DNA from: Hyphochytrium catenoides | Lineage: Eukaryota; Protista; Hyphochytriomycota | Reading direction: 5' to 3' | DNA: 62,061 bases | Assembly: GCA_900088475.1 (NCBI GenBank) | Contig: FLMG01000883.1 | Coordinates: 1 to 62,061 of the forward strand | In this document: positions 41,079 to 52,600 of the stretch, piece after piece | Layout: each line of letters starts with the position of its first letter | Position numbering within the stretch: position 1 is the first letter of the stretch | Notes under the pieces: model-generated | Databases searched by the model: none | What the model was told of the DNA's origin: nothing | The model's input: only the letters and a program-made list of their open reading frames with translations | Position numbers and translations under genes: made by a program

Positions 41079-42295
41079 AGTAGGTCAAGGAGAGAGAGGG
41101 AGAGAGAGAGAGACTGTAGAAGAGAGGAAAGAGAAGGAAAGAGAGGAAGAGACGTTGGAAGACACCAAAGAGAGAGAGACAGAAAAGCGAGAGAGAGAGA
41201 GAGGGAAAGAGGGTAATCAGGTGATAGGAAGTCCATACCTCCTCCTTTGCATCTATTCTGCTAAGAAACGAAGTGAAAGTCAAAAGACAGTGGGAGAGAG
41301 GGAGAAGAGAGAGAGGAAGAGATAGATAATGAGACACTCTTCTAGAGTACGATAAACGGGGAGAAAGAGAGAGTGAGCAGAAGAGAGAGAGAAGAGGAGA
41401 GGGGGAGCGGGAGGGAGCGGGACAGAGAGAGGGAGAAGAAGAGAGAAAGGGAGACGACATATGTATAAAAATATATAGAATTTTGCACTTGTCGCCCTCG
41501 AGAGAGCTCCACCATTGCCTGATAGGGAACAAGTCAACCAAATAGAAGGAAGGCCGGTGCGATATGCGAGAGAAAGAGAGAGAGAGAGAGAGTGTGGCTG
41601 AGGAATGAGAGACAGAAGAGAGACAGGCACCTTGACGGCCAGTAATGGCGAGACGGGGAATTAGAAGAAGTAGGGAGAAAGAGAGAGATAGACATAGCCA
41701 AGGGCCGGGAAGAGGTGAGAAAGGAGAGAAAGGCATAGAGAGTCTCGGAGAAGGAAAAGAGAAGCAGTAGAGGAAAGAGAGAAGTAAGAGAGAGAGAGAG
41801 CGACCGAGAGAGGAGAGTCGGGGGAGACACATGGGACAGAAGAAGGGGAAGGAAGAAGGACCGTAGGAGGAGCAATAAGGGAATGAATGACCTCACTCTC
41901 AGACCTTGGGTCAGTCTCCTCTTCTCTGCAGCCATTGCCACCGACGAAGAAGACGTTAATCGGCCCTCTTCGTTTTAGCAGAGGGCTAACAGGCGGTACA
42001 ATTGCAAGCATTGAGGTCAGGTCAGTGGCTACTTCCGCTCGCTCGCTTCTCGGTCTCTCTCTCCCTCTAAGCCTTCTCCGTCCTTCTGATGTTTGCTAAG
42101 CAGTAAGCCAGTGATGCACAAATATTGGTGGAACGAAGCCAGAAGCTCTTATCATCTCTTAGGGATTGCTTAGTAGCACCTGAGCAGCGAGGTTAGCCTA
42201 AGATAAAGGCAATAAACATCATCGCCCTCAATCCCTGGGTCAAGAGCCTTGCTTCTCTGCAAGACTTTATAAGAACGAAGAGAGTGGCTCCTACG

Positions 42296-45200
42296 CTACG
42301 CGGAAGGCTTGACAGGCGGCACGACAGGCAGACCAGAGGTCAGGTTGGTGGTTATCTCCGTCAGCTGAGCATCTGTCAGCGCGAAATCAAAGAAGAAGAA
42401 GGCCGAGAGGTCCATGGACGCTTCATTAGATGACGTTGTTGACTGCCCGATGTGCCAGGTGGACAGGCTCCGGTCCGTCAGAGGAACGGACGCTGTGGCA
42501 GAGATAAGGCTCACGCCGTTCTTATAGACTTGCGCCTGGCCGCTGCTCCGGTTATACCGCGCCGCATAGGTTGCCCACTCGTTCTGGACAATGGCTCCGT
42601 CGCTGGTGTTACAGTTCAGGACGGCACTGGCTCCGTTGAGGAGAATGAACTGCAGCGCGCTGGTGCTGCCTCTTCGTCTGAAGGTAAGGCTGTCGGGCGA
42701 TGCCGCTGTCGCGGTGCCGGCTTCGAAAATGGTTGAGGAGGTGGCCGGAGTGCTGGTGAAGCGCATTAGCGTCACGATTGTCAGTCCGCCGCTGCGAGGC
42801 AACGCTGTGACGTTCAAATCTCTTGACGCCGCCACTAAACGTTGTCTATCAGTCCGATTGAAGGAGACGAATGGCCCATTTAGATGGCCGCCCAGGGTCC
42901 TGAAGCGCGGAGCAGAGCTGGCCGTCGACGCAGAGGCAGCATTGCCCCACTTCATGACTGCAGCGCCATCGCTGCTCTGGTTGTTAAGGTTCAACGCCTG
43001 CAAGTGCAGGGCTTCCGGACTGTAAGAGAGCACCGTGATACTGTCCGATGGCGACGCAGCAGCCACACGATAGACATTGACCGGAAGATTGGCTGTGAGG
43101 TTGCTGGAGAGCTCGATTAGCTGACTGTCGCTTAGGCTAAAGTTGAACATGTAGAAGGCGTTGATGTCCATCACGGCAGCAGTCATCCCAGTAGCAGAAG
43201 CCTGCCCTGCCATCCGCCACTCCCTGACCACTCTGTTTGTCAGCACGGCCTGGACGCTGCCAACACTCTGGCCATTCTTCAGCAGCTCCGCTCGACGAGT
43301 AGCAGCTGAGTAGCGGAAGCCATAGACAGCCCAAACTCCTTGCTCTATGACACCAGCGGCACTGACAACGCGGAAGTCCAGGTCTCCCGAATCACTGTGC
43401 GCCTGGAAAGCGAGGTGATCCGAGGTGCCCTGACGGAAGAGGACGATATTACCTGAGAAACCTACTGTCGTTTGTGCACCTAAGAGCACTCGATCGTCTT
43501 CGTTGGGGGCGTTGCTGAAGCGCATGAGCACCAGGATCGTCAGGCCGTGAGTCTCAGGGTAGATGGTCATGGATCCGGTGAAGAAGAACTTAGAAGGTGA
43601 AAATGATATGTAAGGTCCATTGGACGGACCGCCGCTTCGTACATATAGCGGTGCAGTACCTAAATGCCTGCCAAAGCTGTTGACCACTCTATTGACCAAG
43701 GAGTTGTTGGCAGAGTTCGCGTCGAAGAGCGTGGACGCCAGCATGATGCAGGGGAACCAATTGATAGGAAGTGGCGTTGACGACCCAGCGCCCGCAGCGG
43801 AGGTAGGAGCTGTGACGTTCAAGCCTAATGAGAGGTTAGTAGTGATGGCGGCAAGCTGGCTGTTGGTCAGGGCGAAGTCAAAGATATGGAGAGAGGCGAT
43901 GTCTACCGTAGCCAATCCCGTCGTCAGGAGGACGTTCGTGGATCGGGCGATGAAGAAGGCGCCATAGTTCCGCTGAGCAGGGCCCGGCCATAGAGAGGAA
44001 CACTGGCCAACTGATACGCCATTCTTGATGATCTCCAGGGTTTCAGTTGATCCTCCAGAGCTGCGCACAGCCCAGACCGCCCATTCATTCTGGACGACAG
44101 TGCCAGGCATACTGACCACACGGGCACCTTCATGCGTTGTGAACTCAAGAGCATCAGAGCCTCCATAACGGTTCAGGGCTAAACTGTCCTGAAGGTACCG
44201 CTCACCAACTGCGTTTAGATGAAAGACACGCTCCCATGCACCAATAACCGTTCCGGGTAACCGGAGCAAGGCGACTGCGCTGAATCCCAAGGCGCCCACA
44301 TTAAAGCGCCGTGAACTACCGAAAAGCCAGTGAGGGAGAGTGCGAAGGAAAGAGACATACGGCCCATTAAGATGCCCGCCGCTGCTGTAGAAGATAGGAG
44401 CTGAGGCGTTGGAGGCGCTGCTCAGTTTTTCCCAGGAGAGGACAGCGCTACCATTTTGCTGCCCGGCTTGAATCAGTGCTGAAGCCGCTAGTTGGGCACC
44501 AGAAGGGCTAAGCGGCGGTAGGAAGGAGACAACTCCCTCGCCTGATGAGGTCAGAGACGTATCTACCGGCAGACTAGCACTAAGATTGGAAGATACGGCG
44601 AGCAGCTGGCTGTTGGACAGCGCGAAGTCAAAGACGTAGAAGGCGCCAAGATCAAAGTTGCCATGGCTCTGTTCCGCGTGGTTCGCTGACCCAAGCCTAA
44701 ACCAGCCGTTGGACAAATCTGTGAACTTTACGCGGCGCAGGGAGTACCCAGTGCTGAGACCGTCCTTAATGATCTCTGCTCCTAGCGTCGCACTTGAATA
44801 TCTGAGGGCCAAGACTGTCCATTGCTCAGACATAATAGCGCCAGGTTCAGTGATCAGAGTCAGAGATGGTGGTCCCGGAACGTCTTGGTTCTGATAGTAG
44901 TCGGAGGCCAGGTGGCTGGAGTTGCCAAACCGTCGGAGGTTGATCGTCCAGTTCCATGTGCTACTAGGGGCGCTGGTTCCAACGCTGAACAAGTGTTCAT
45001 CATAGACAGGCGTACTGGAGGTGAAGCGCACAAGCATGAAAGCCGTGAAGCCGCCTTTGGTGGCAAGAGGCAAGTTCACGGTGGCTGGTGTCTCCAAGAA
45101 GTGCTTGTTCTCACTGTTGAAGGATATGTAGGGGCAGCCGTTATAGCCGCCACTGGCTCGGAAGATAGGCTGTTGGGCAGTGGCCGTCTGACGGAACTGA

Positions 45201-45574
45201 TCCCAGGTTGAGAGCCCAGAGTTATTGCTTTGAGATGATACCAATGAGGCTAAATGACACCATGCAGGATCTGTGGGTGGAGTTGGCGCTGGCACCGATG
45301 TGGGAGAGGCAGGATTAGAAGCCTGTGTAGGTGTCGGCTGTGGGGCGGGCTCCGGAGTAGGTTGCGGGGTGGGCTCAGCGGTTGGCTGTGAACTTGGCTG
45401 TGAGATGGGCTCAGGTCCTGGCTGAGTGGTAGGCTGTGGGGCGGGCTCAGGAGTTGTTTCAGGAGGTGCCTCGATAGCTGGTGTGGGAGTTGGCTGGGGA
45501 CTGGGCTCAGGAAGTGGCGCTAATGAGGCTGGGGGACTGCCGGGTGCTTGGCACTCTCCATCTGCCGCCAGTAG
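42296..45574 (-). CDS. Protein with a Pro/Thr/Glu/Gln linker and four tandem LamG/concanavalin-A-like domains (true start unknown)
   Basis: Frame open 45574-42296; four ~240-aa repeats each with GG.NGP(Y/F)(I/V)SF, W...A.RY....E..KNG.S and FDFAL(S/T).SQL...(S/T)NL...LPV. Confidence 0.75.
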   Translation of the reverse strand, partial: LLAADGECQAPGSPPASLAPLPEPSPQPTPTPAIEAPPETTPEPAPQPTTQPGPEPISQPSSQPTAEPTPQPTPEPAPQPTPTQASNPASPTSVPAPTPPTDPAWCHLASLVSSQSNNSGLSTWDQFRQTATAQQPIFRASGGYNGCPYISFNSENKHFLETPATVNLPLATKGGFTAFMLVRFTSSTPVYDEHLFSVGTSAPSSTWNWTINLRRFGNSSHLASDYYQNQDVPGPPSLTLITEPGAIMSEQWTVLALRYSSATLGAEIIKDGLSTGYSLRRVKFTDLSNGWFRLGSANHAEQSHGNFDLGAFYVFDFALSNSQLLAVSSNLSASLPVDTSLTSSGEGVVSFLPPLSPSGAQLAASALIQAGQQNGSAVLSWEKLSSASNASAPIFYSSGGHLNGPYVSFLRTLPHWLFGSSRRFNVGALGFSAVALLRLPGTVIGAWERVFHLNAVGERYLQDSLALNRYGGSDALEFTTHEGARVVSMPGTVVQNEWAVWAVRSSGGSTETLEIIKNGVSVGQCSSLWPGPAQRNYGAFFIARSTNVLLTTGLATVDIASLHIFDFALTNSQLAAITTNLSLGLNVTAPTSAAGAGSSTPLPINWFPCIMLASTLFDANSANNSLVNRVVNSFGRHLGTAPLYVRSGGPSNGPYISFSPSKFFFTGSMTIYPETHGLTILVLMRFSNAPNEDDRVLLGAQTTVGFSGNIVLFRQGTSDHLAFQAHSDSGDLDFRVVSAAGVIEQGVWAVYGFRYSAATRRAELLKNGQSVGSVQAVLTNRVVREWRMAGQASATGMTAAVMDINAFYMFNFSLSDSQLIELSSNLTANLPVNVYRVAAASPSDSITVLSYSPEALHLQALNLNNQSSDGAAVMKWGNAASASTASSAPRFRTLGGHLNGPFVSFNRTDRQRLVAASRDLNVTALPRSGGLTIVTLMRFTSTPATSSTIFEAGTATAASPDSLTFRRRGSTSALQFILLNGASAVLNCNTSDGAIVQNEWATYAARYNRSSGQAQVYKNGVSLISATASVPLTDRSLSTWHIGQSTTSSNEASMDLSAFFFFDFALTDAQLTEITTNLTSGLPVVPPVKPSA

Positions 45575-45710
45575 TTAAGAGTGAAGAGAGAAGTTTGAAG
45601 TCAGGGTTGCGAGCCGGCCATCTATAGTCATTCTCCCTTTCAATGTTTCGGGCTAACTCTCCATTTATCTCTTGTCTATCTCTTGTCTCTCTCTCTCTCT
45701 GTCTCTCCCT

Positions 45711-45746
<36 letters not shown>

Positions 45747-46507
45747 TCTCTAGCTCGCTATACTTAACGCTGGGTTGCACGGTGCAGTAGCCTCCGCTCT
45801 CTCTGTCAGCTCCACCGGGCCATACAAAGACCTTATTGTGAACGCGACAAGAACCTTAAAGAGAAGTATGCTTACCGGCCGCTGAGGTGGGTGAGATAGA
45901 CGCAGATACGGTGCTGGTGCAGATTCTATGGTTGGCACTCCCTGTCAGGAAGCTTGGCCTCACAGCGCAGAGTACGGAGGTTTTATCTACACCAATCTGG
46001 GTGCTGCCAGCAGTGCGCCATACTTCCGCCCTGTAGGCAACCTGCACCTGGTGGACCAGATTAACGGACAGACGCCGTTTGCCGAAGTGCCTCACTCCCC
46101 TTCCTATGACAATGTGGGCCAGGACGATAAAGTTCACAAGTAAGGATCAGTGACAACGAACACGGTAGCTAAGAGTAGTTCTAACCGGGAGGCAGCCAGC
46201 TGACAGCAGCCTCAACTCGGGGTAAAGGCAGAAGTAAGAGACCTTGCCTGGCACTCGCCCACCACTTGACCAAAAACGGGAATGATGGAAACAGCCGGAA
46301 GAGAGGTCTTGGTTGACGTTGCTGATGCTCAGGCTTGCCTGAAGAATGCACCACAACGACCACGTGATGGAGAAAGTGGTAGTAGCCGGCCCACAAGAAC
46401 AGGAAGGCCAAGAGGAGAACAATACGAGCTCTACTGCCATAACGTTTGCTATGGGCTACAGCGGATGCATGTTTGCTAGCTGCGGATGGTTTGCTGGAGC
46501 TCTTCAT
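45575..46507 (-). pseudogene. Degenerate N-terminal type II membrane module upstream of the LamG ORF
   Basis: MKSS...IVLLLAFLFLWAGY TM anchor, then stops and frameshifts; homologous to 60090-61171. Confidence 0.6.
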
Positions 46508-46995
46508 CTTTACGGCGATCTTCCTCGATTGTAGGTAGGAGGTTTGCTTGGCACTTACACGTGATAGAGCCCCGGCTATTGAGTCTCAAATAGACTAAAG
46601 AATAGCGCGGCTTTCGTATTAGCTGCAACTGTGCACGATGGCAAGCTTCGCTGCGGCGCCTTTATGGATGCGCACCAAACTCGCCATAGAACTACTTCAA
46701 TGCCAGGCGAAGGTAGAAAGGGCATTCCTAGGGAAAGAGAGGCAGGGGGTTCCTCTCTCCTTGACTGCCATGCAGCAACGCTAGCTCTCTTCTGCAAACA
46801 CTCCTGCTAAAACTCCTCTCCTCATGGCGACTGTTCGCGCTCTCCTTTCTAAGCGTCGTGGCCAGCGGCGCTTCTTCTTTTTTGTTGCCCTGTGCGCGCT
46901 ATGGCACTCCTGCTGCCCTGCTACTGCTGGACCATCACATTGTGGCGACCCTTCTTCTGTCAGTGCCGTCCAAGTAGTAGAACTACCTATTATAA

Positions 46996-47235
46996 AGGGC
47001 GAAGGGCTAAAATTCACTTCTAGCGAAAAGTTGCGAATCCGGGCCTCTAGGAATATTAACTATGGGGTTTCGGTTGAAGAAGACTCAAAAGGATGGGTAG
47101 GACGAGAGCCTACCCGTTCGTTTTTAAGAGGCCCCGCCCTCGCCCTCCGACAACTCCATAGATAATATTCCTAACAGGCCAGATTCGCAACTGTTCCCTA
47201 GAAAATGAATTCCCCGGGAATTAGCTCTTCGCCCT
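46996..47235. mobile_element. MITE (PIF/Harbinger-Tourist-like), 240 bp, long imperfect TIRs, TAA TSD
   Basis: TAA|AGGGCGAAGGGCTAA...GTTGCGAATC..GGCCT.TAGGAATATT versus AATATTCCTAACAGGCCAGATTCGCAAC...TTAGCTCTTCGCCCT|TAA. Confidence 0.75.
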
Positions 47236-47419
47236 TAATGAACAAAAACCTCCTGCTCTTCTTTGACAGCAGACTCGACTTGTACGGTACGCGTCATAGT
47301 TACGCAGCTTCTCCTCTGGGGCTGCAGTACTGTAACAGTACTATAGGTACTGTACTTATATTCTATAGGTACTGTACTTATTCTATATAAAAATCGGCAG
47401 GATCGGTACTGTACAGTAC

Positions 47420-47541
47420 AACAGTAACAAAAGATTCCACTGCGGAATCGTAAAACAGTACAGTAATAAAAGATATCACTGCGGAATCGTAAAACAGTAC
47501 TGTAACAAAAGATTCCACTGAGGGATCGTAAAACAGTACTG
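47420..47541. repeat. Three-copy 39-bp minisatellite
   Basis: CAGTAACAAAAGATTCCACTGCGGAATCGTAAAACAGTA x3. Confidence 0.85.
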
Positions 47542-48237
47542 GATATAAACTAACAATGTATGGCCTAGGAGGCCGTCGCCTAAGTTTCAACGAGATTATC
47601 AAAGTTTCGTCCGATTGTCCCACTTTTGGGGATGGGATCATAACCCTGTGATTGCTGGGGGCTTTAGACCATCATAGATATAACCCTTGCCAGGTTTGCC
47701 CATACATTATTAACTCGGCGATACTGCTCGGCGGCCAGAGAGTGTCAATGAAGCTATGGCTAAAAAGTCTAACAGGTGCACTGAGGGGTCCTCCACGGTA
47801 AGCCATTCTTTTATATAGGGATAGTGGGTGGTATCGAATAGTAGTTCTAGTGGCCTCTGTGAAGTTTCCTTCAGCCTTTGCACATTATGTCGCTAACGAC
47901 AAACGAGATCAATTATGATTCTTCCTTCATTGATGATCAGTGTGGAGGAGATCAGGTTGAGGAGGAAGAGACCAAGGCGTCATAGCTTCCTTCGTCTCTT
48001 TTCTTCTTCTTCTTCCTCTTCTTTCTCCTTCTCCTTCTTCTTCCTTCATCTTTCACTTCTTCCTTATAAAAGAAATCAATACCTTAACAAGCAACTTAAC
48101 AAGCAAAAATCCCTCACATCTTTTTCAGTCATCATTCATCAAATTTAGAACAAGAACTAATGAAAGATCGGCGTACTTTCGGGGAATTCACGGTCTCGCA
48201 CTCAAGATTTTGTTGTCCTTCGCCCTGCCTTCAGCTT

Positions 48238-49483
48238 GGGGGACAGTGACCTGCCTGGGCCTGGTGACCGGGGTCATTCTGTGCAGATATTTTGTCCACA
48301 AGGGTCTTCTCCGCAATGAGACGTGCCCTCTCTCTCCCCAGACTTCTTCTTCCTCTTCGTTCTCTCTCTCTCTTCTCTTTCTTATTCTCCTAACGAGAAA
48401 GAAGACAAATCTGCTCGCTTTCCTTAGGAGTCTGCAGATTCTCTGTGGAGCTCTCTCGACGTCAGGACCGAGGATTTTTTCTATATCTTGGCAGTGGTGG
48501 CGGTTCTCTTTACTCTTTATTGGCTGCTTGGAGGTGCTGCGCTTCCGTGTGCTGAGGCTGTGGAAGAAAGGAAGGAGGGATCGAATGAGAGACGCAATGG
48601 TTCTCTCTCTCTATCTTGGGCCGTATATGAGTACTACTAGTCTTCTCTGCGATACTGACGGGACCCCAGTTCTGCTAGAGTCGGTCCGAGGGGAGAGAGG
48701 GAGAGAGAGGGAGAGAGAGAGAGAGACCTGTAAAAGAAAGTAAAGAAGAGACAGAAAGAGAGGGAGAGATAGGGGAAGACACCGAAGAGAGAGAGAGAGA
48801 AAGAGAGGATAATAAAGCGATACCAAGTTCATACCTCCTCCTTGAATCTATTTCTGCTAAGGAACGAACTGAAAGTCAAGAGACAGTGGGAGAGAGGGAG
48901 AAGAGAGGAAGAGAAAGATAATGATGAGATGCGCAGGGCTCTAGAGTACGATAAACTGTCTGAAGTAGAAAGAAGAGGGGGAGAAATAGAGAGTGAGCAG
49001 AAGAGAGAGAGAAAGCGAGAGAGAGAGAGGGAAGACAGTGAGAACGGAGAAAGAGGGAAGAGGAGAAGGGAGAGAGAGAGAGATGTAACTAGATATATAG
49101 AGCATTTTGCACTCGTCGGCTTTCTATACAACTCTACCACTGCCTCATAGGAAACAATTAGACCAAATTGAAGGAAAGCAGGTGCGATATGTGACATAAA
49201 GAGAGAGAGACTGAGTGAAAGACAGAAGAGAGAAAGCTACCGAGACGGTCCAGTTATGGCTAGACAGGGAAATAGAGGAAGAAGCGAGAGAGAGATGGAC
49301 TTAGCCAAGGGCCAGATAAGGAGAAAGAAGGGAAAGGAAAGTAGAGAAGAGATGGGACAAGGAAGAGAGAAGCAATAGAAAAAGGAGAGACTTGAAGAGA
49401 GAGAGAGAGGGAGTGTTCGAAGAGGTTCTTGGGGCAGAAGAAGGGGAAGGAAGAGGACGGGTAGAGGAGCAGTAACGGATGAA
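48238..49483 (+). pseudogene. Duplicated 3' part of membrane paralog A plus its 3' flank (copy of 40640-41887), frameshifted
   Basis: GTVTCLGLVTGVILC...ETCPLSPQT...RDAMVLSLYLGPYMST with indels; the downstream non-coding flank is also collinear. Confidence 0.9.
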
Positions 49484-49647
49484 GAAGGGAGGAGACTCTT
49501 TGTCCATCCAACACTATCTCTATGCAAAGGTTAGTCAGCCATCTAAAGAAAGGCCCATGAACTCTCCTCCTCTCTCTCTCTCTCTCTTTCTCTCTCTCTG
49601 TGCTGCTTCGCTCTCTGGCACTCGCTCTTGGCTTTATTGCTGTAGGG

Positions 49648-52600
49648 TTAACAAGAGGAAGGCGCATCACTAAGCATTGCCAGCAAAAGGCTCGTCGTCA
49701 TGAAAGGGCCAAAGAGAAGACAGAGAGTGATCGCTTCTCTCAGGTGCTCTCTTCTCTCTCTCTTCGCCCAGAGCCTTAAGAAGGGAAAGCCCATCACCTC
49801 TAAGCTGCCAATAAACAGCAGCAGCACCAGCACAACGGCCAAAATATTGAGAAAATACTCTGCCTTCACGTCTATCGAACTCCATAGAGACTCCGCAGAT
49901 GCCCACGGAAGAGCCGTCTTCGAAGCGTCTCTCTCTCTATTGAAAGAAGCGGGAGATGAAGGGGAAGAGAAGAGAGCCACGGCAGACGAGGAAGAAGAAA
50001 ATTGAGAAGAAGTGGAGTGGCTGGAAGAGATGGAGGAAGGAGAGACAAGGGGGAGAAGCCGCCGTGTTGGTGGGAGAGAGGAGGAGGAGGAAGAGAGACG
50101 ACGAGAAGACGAGCAACTTTCAGTGTTGAGAAGACCACTCAGGACGAAGTTCCTGCCCAGAAGAACCGCTGTCAGGACACCCATGCAGGAGAGAGTCCCA
50201 ACAATCATGTTGGCGGCCATTCGCTGCCATAGGGAATCTGTTTCTTTCTGCGCGAATCTCCAGATCTCTATCTGAGACAGATTCTCATACATCTTCGAAT
50301 CTGCATTTGGAGATTCGATCTCTGCTGCGGGCAAACTTTTCGGTGAAGCGGTTCCCAACGCCATACTTCCTTTAGCTTCACCGCTTCTTCTCTCTTCTCC
50401 TTCTCCCTCCTTCTCTTCTCTCGCTCCTCCTCTTGCTGGTCTGAGCACTTTCTCTCCCACATCTATGCCAAGATCTTTGCCTCTTCGCTCATCTCTTTCG
50501 TTCTCACAATGGGAAGCACCGTCCACCGGTGGAAAACTCATCGGACCCAATAACTTTCTCTCTTCGAGTCCCTTCTCTTCCATTAACCTTCTCTCTCCGC
50601 TTTCCTTCTCTCTTTCTCTCGTTTCTCTCTCTCTTCTCCCTCCTCGAGCCTTCTCTCTCCTGCGCAGCTGGAACAGGTTCCAGGCAATGGTAGCTCCCAA
50701 TCCTGCGCAGGAGGTGGCAGTGGAGAGAGAAACGAGATGGAGACCGTTTGTCTCCAAGTTAGAGAGAGAGGCGCAGAGCTGAACGGACTGGAACATGTAA
50801 TACGTGAGAAAGAGAGCGAGATCGACCCGTACGCCGCCTCTCTCTCTTCTTCTCTCTCCTATGCCGACGTCTCCTTTCTCTCCTTTCAGTGTGTCTCTCT
50901 CTTCTCTGCACTTTTCCTTCTGTTCCCTCGTAAGTGAGCCAATTTCAGGGTCAGCCGCGCTCTCTCTTCGTCCTTCCTCTGCTAGGACTTCTCTCTCTTC
51001 CCCTTTTTCTTCCACCTCTCCCTGTGAGAGTACCTTCTTCTCTCTATTTACTGCTGTTCCCTTCTCTTCTATATCTCTCTGTCGTCCTCCTCTATCTCCT
51101 TCTGCTTGAGAACAAGGTCCTTCCATCGGAGAAAAGACGGTGGAACTGGGTTTTCTGCTATTCTGATTTGGAAGGAAGAAAGAAGTAAGGTTCTCTTCTT
51201 CTCTCTTTCCTCTGTTTTCTTCTTTCTCTCTCTGCACTTCTGCTCTTCTCTTCTCTTTCGTTGTCCGTTCTTCTTCTTTGTCCTCCCTCCTGCTGGTGGT
51301 GGTGCCTCCTCCAAGCTTCATCACAGCAGAACCATAGAGAGAGGGAGGAGAGACAACCGTCACTACCTTTCTTTCCTCATCCTCTTTTGTTTTCTTCGCT
51401 TCGTTTCCTCTTCCTCCTCCTATTCTTATTATTAGTGGTAGAGACCGTGTCTCTTCTCTCTCCTTCGTCTTCTTCTGTTTCCCTTTTTCTCCATCATCAT
51501 TTCTTCGAAAGACGCTTGCAGCCGAGGATGAGACTTTGATTGTCCTCGTTTCCTTTCTCATTTCAACCTTCTTTTTCTCTTTTATTCCCTCTGTTCCCTC
51601 TATTTTCTTCGTCTTCTCTTCTCTTCTTCCCCCTTCTCTTCCCTTCTCTTCTTCTTCTTCCTCTTCTTCTTCTTTCTTCTCCCTTCTTCTTCTCTTCTTT
51701 TCTTCCTCCTCCTCTAGTACTTCTTTTCCTTCTCTCTCTCTCTCCAGCCGGAGCAAGTCAGAGAGACACTTCTCCGTGAGAAGAGAGAAGAGAAAGAAAA
51801 TGGCAGGGAGAATGTAGCCAACAAAAAGGCGCCGGAGAGAGGCGTCCCAGTGATGAAGAAGAGAAGGAAAGAGAACATTAAGAGAGAGAATGACGCCCAG
51901 ACTGGGGAAGAAGTGCGTTGACACGGCCAAGGCACTTTGCTGAAGGTTATTTCTGATCCGACCGCCATCGGGGGAAAATATATAGAGTATGGCCACCACG
52001 TATAGGATCTGACCGGGATAGAAGCCAATATTCCCAATCACCATAATCTGCACGCTGTAGAGCACATCCGAAAGTAGTGTTAGCGCCGAGAGCACCGCAA
52101 ATAGCCGGTTTCGATTCCTAAGGTACCGATCTTGGTACATTGCTCTGTAGCAAAAGAGCATGGCAAGATTGCTGATCCCGTGTTGAACCGAAACTACGTA
52201 GAGAAAGTGTCCGAAGGTTGCCGTCATGCCGCAAGTAGATCCGAACGGCAAGACTCCAGTGCAGTTCTGGGGCCAAGAGAGAGATCCACAGCGCGATTGG
52301 CACCATGAAAGAGAAGAGGGAGAGGGAAAGCTGAGGACAAAGAGAAAATAGAGAGAGAGAGAGACAGCTGCAGAGAGAAAAGTGCTCGAGAGAAGGAGGA
52401 GAAAGTCTCTCAAGAGAGAGAAGAGAAGATGAAGTGGAGAAGAGGCTGATGAGGGAGAAGAAGAAGACGAGGAGGAGGAGGAGGTTTTAGTGGAAGGGAG
52501 AGAGGGAGTGCCTTGGGAAGAAAGAGAGAGCGGCGAGACGGTTGCAGTGACTATCTTTCTTCCTCTCTTTCTCTTTCCCATGCCTCCTGATCCCAGGCCT

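Noticed and set aside
47420-47541. CRISPR-like 39-bp repeats
   Set aside because: Head-to-tail repeats without spacers
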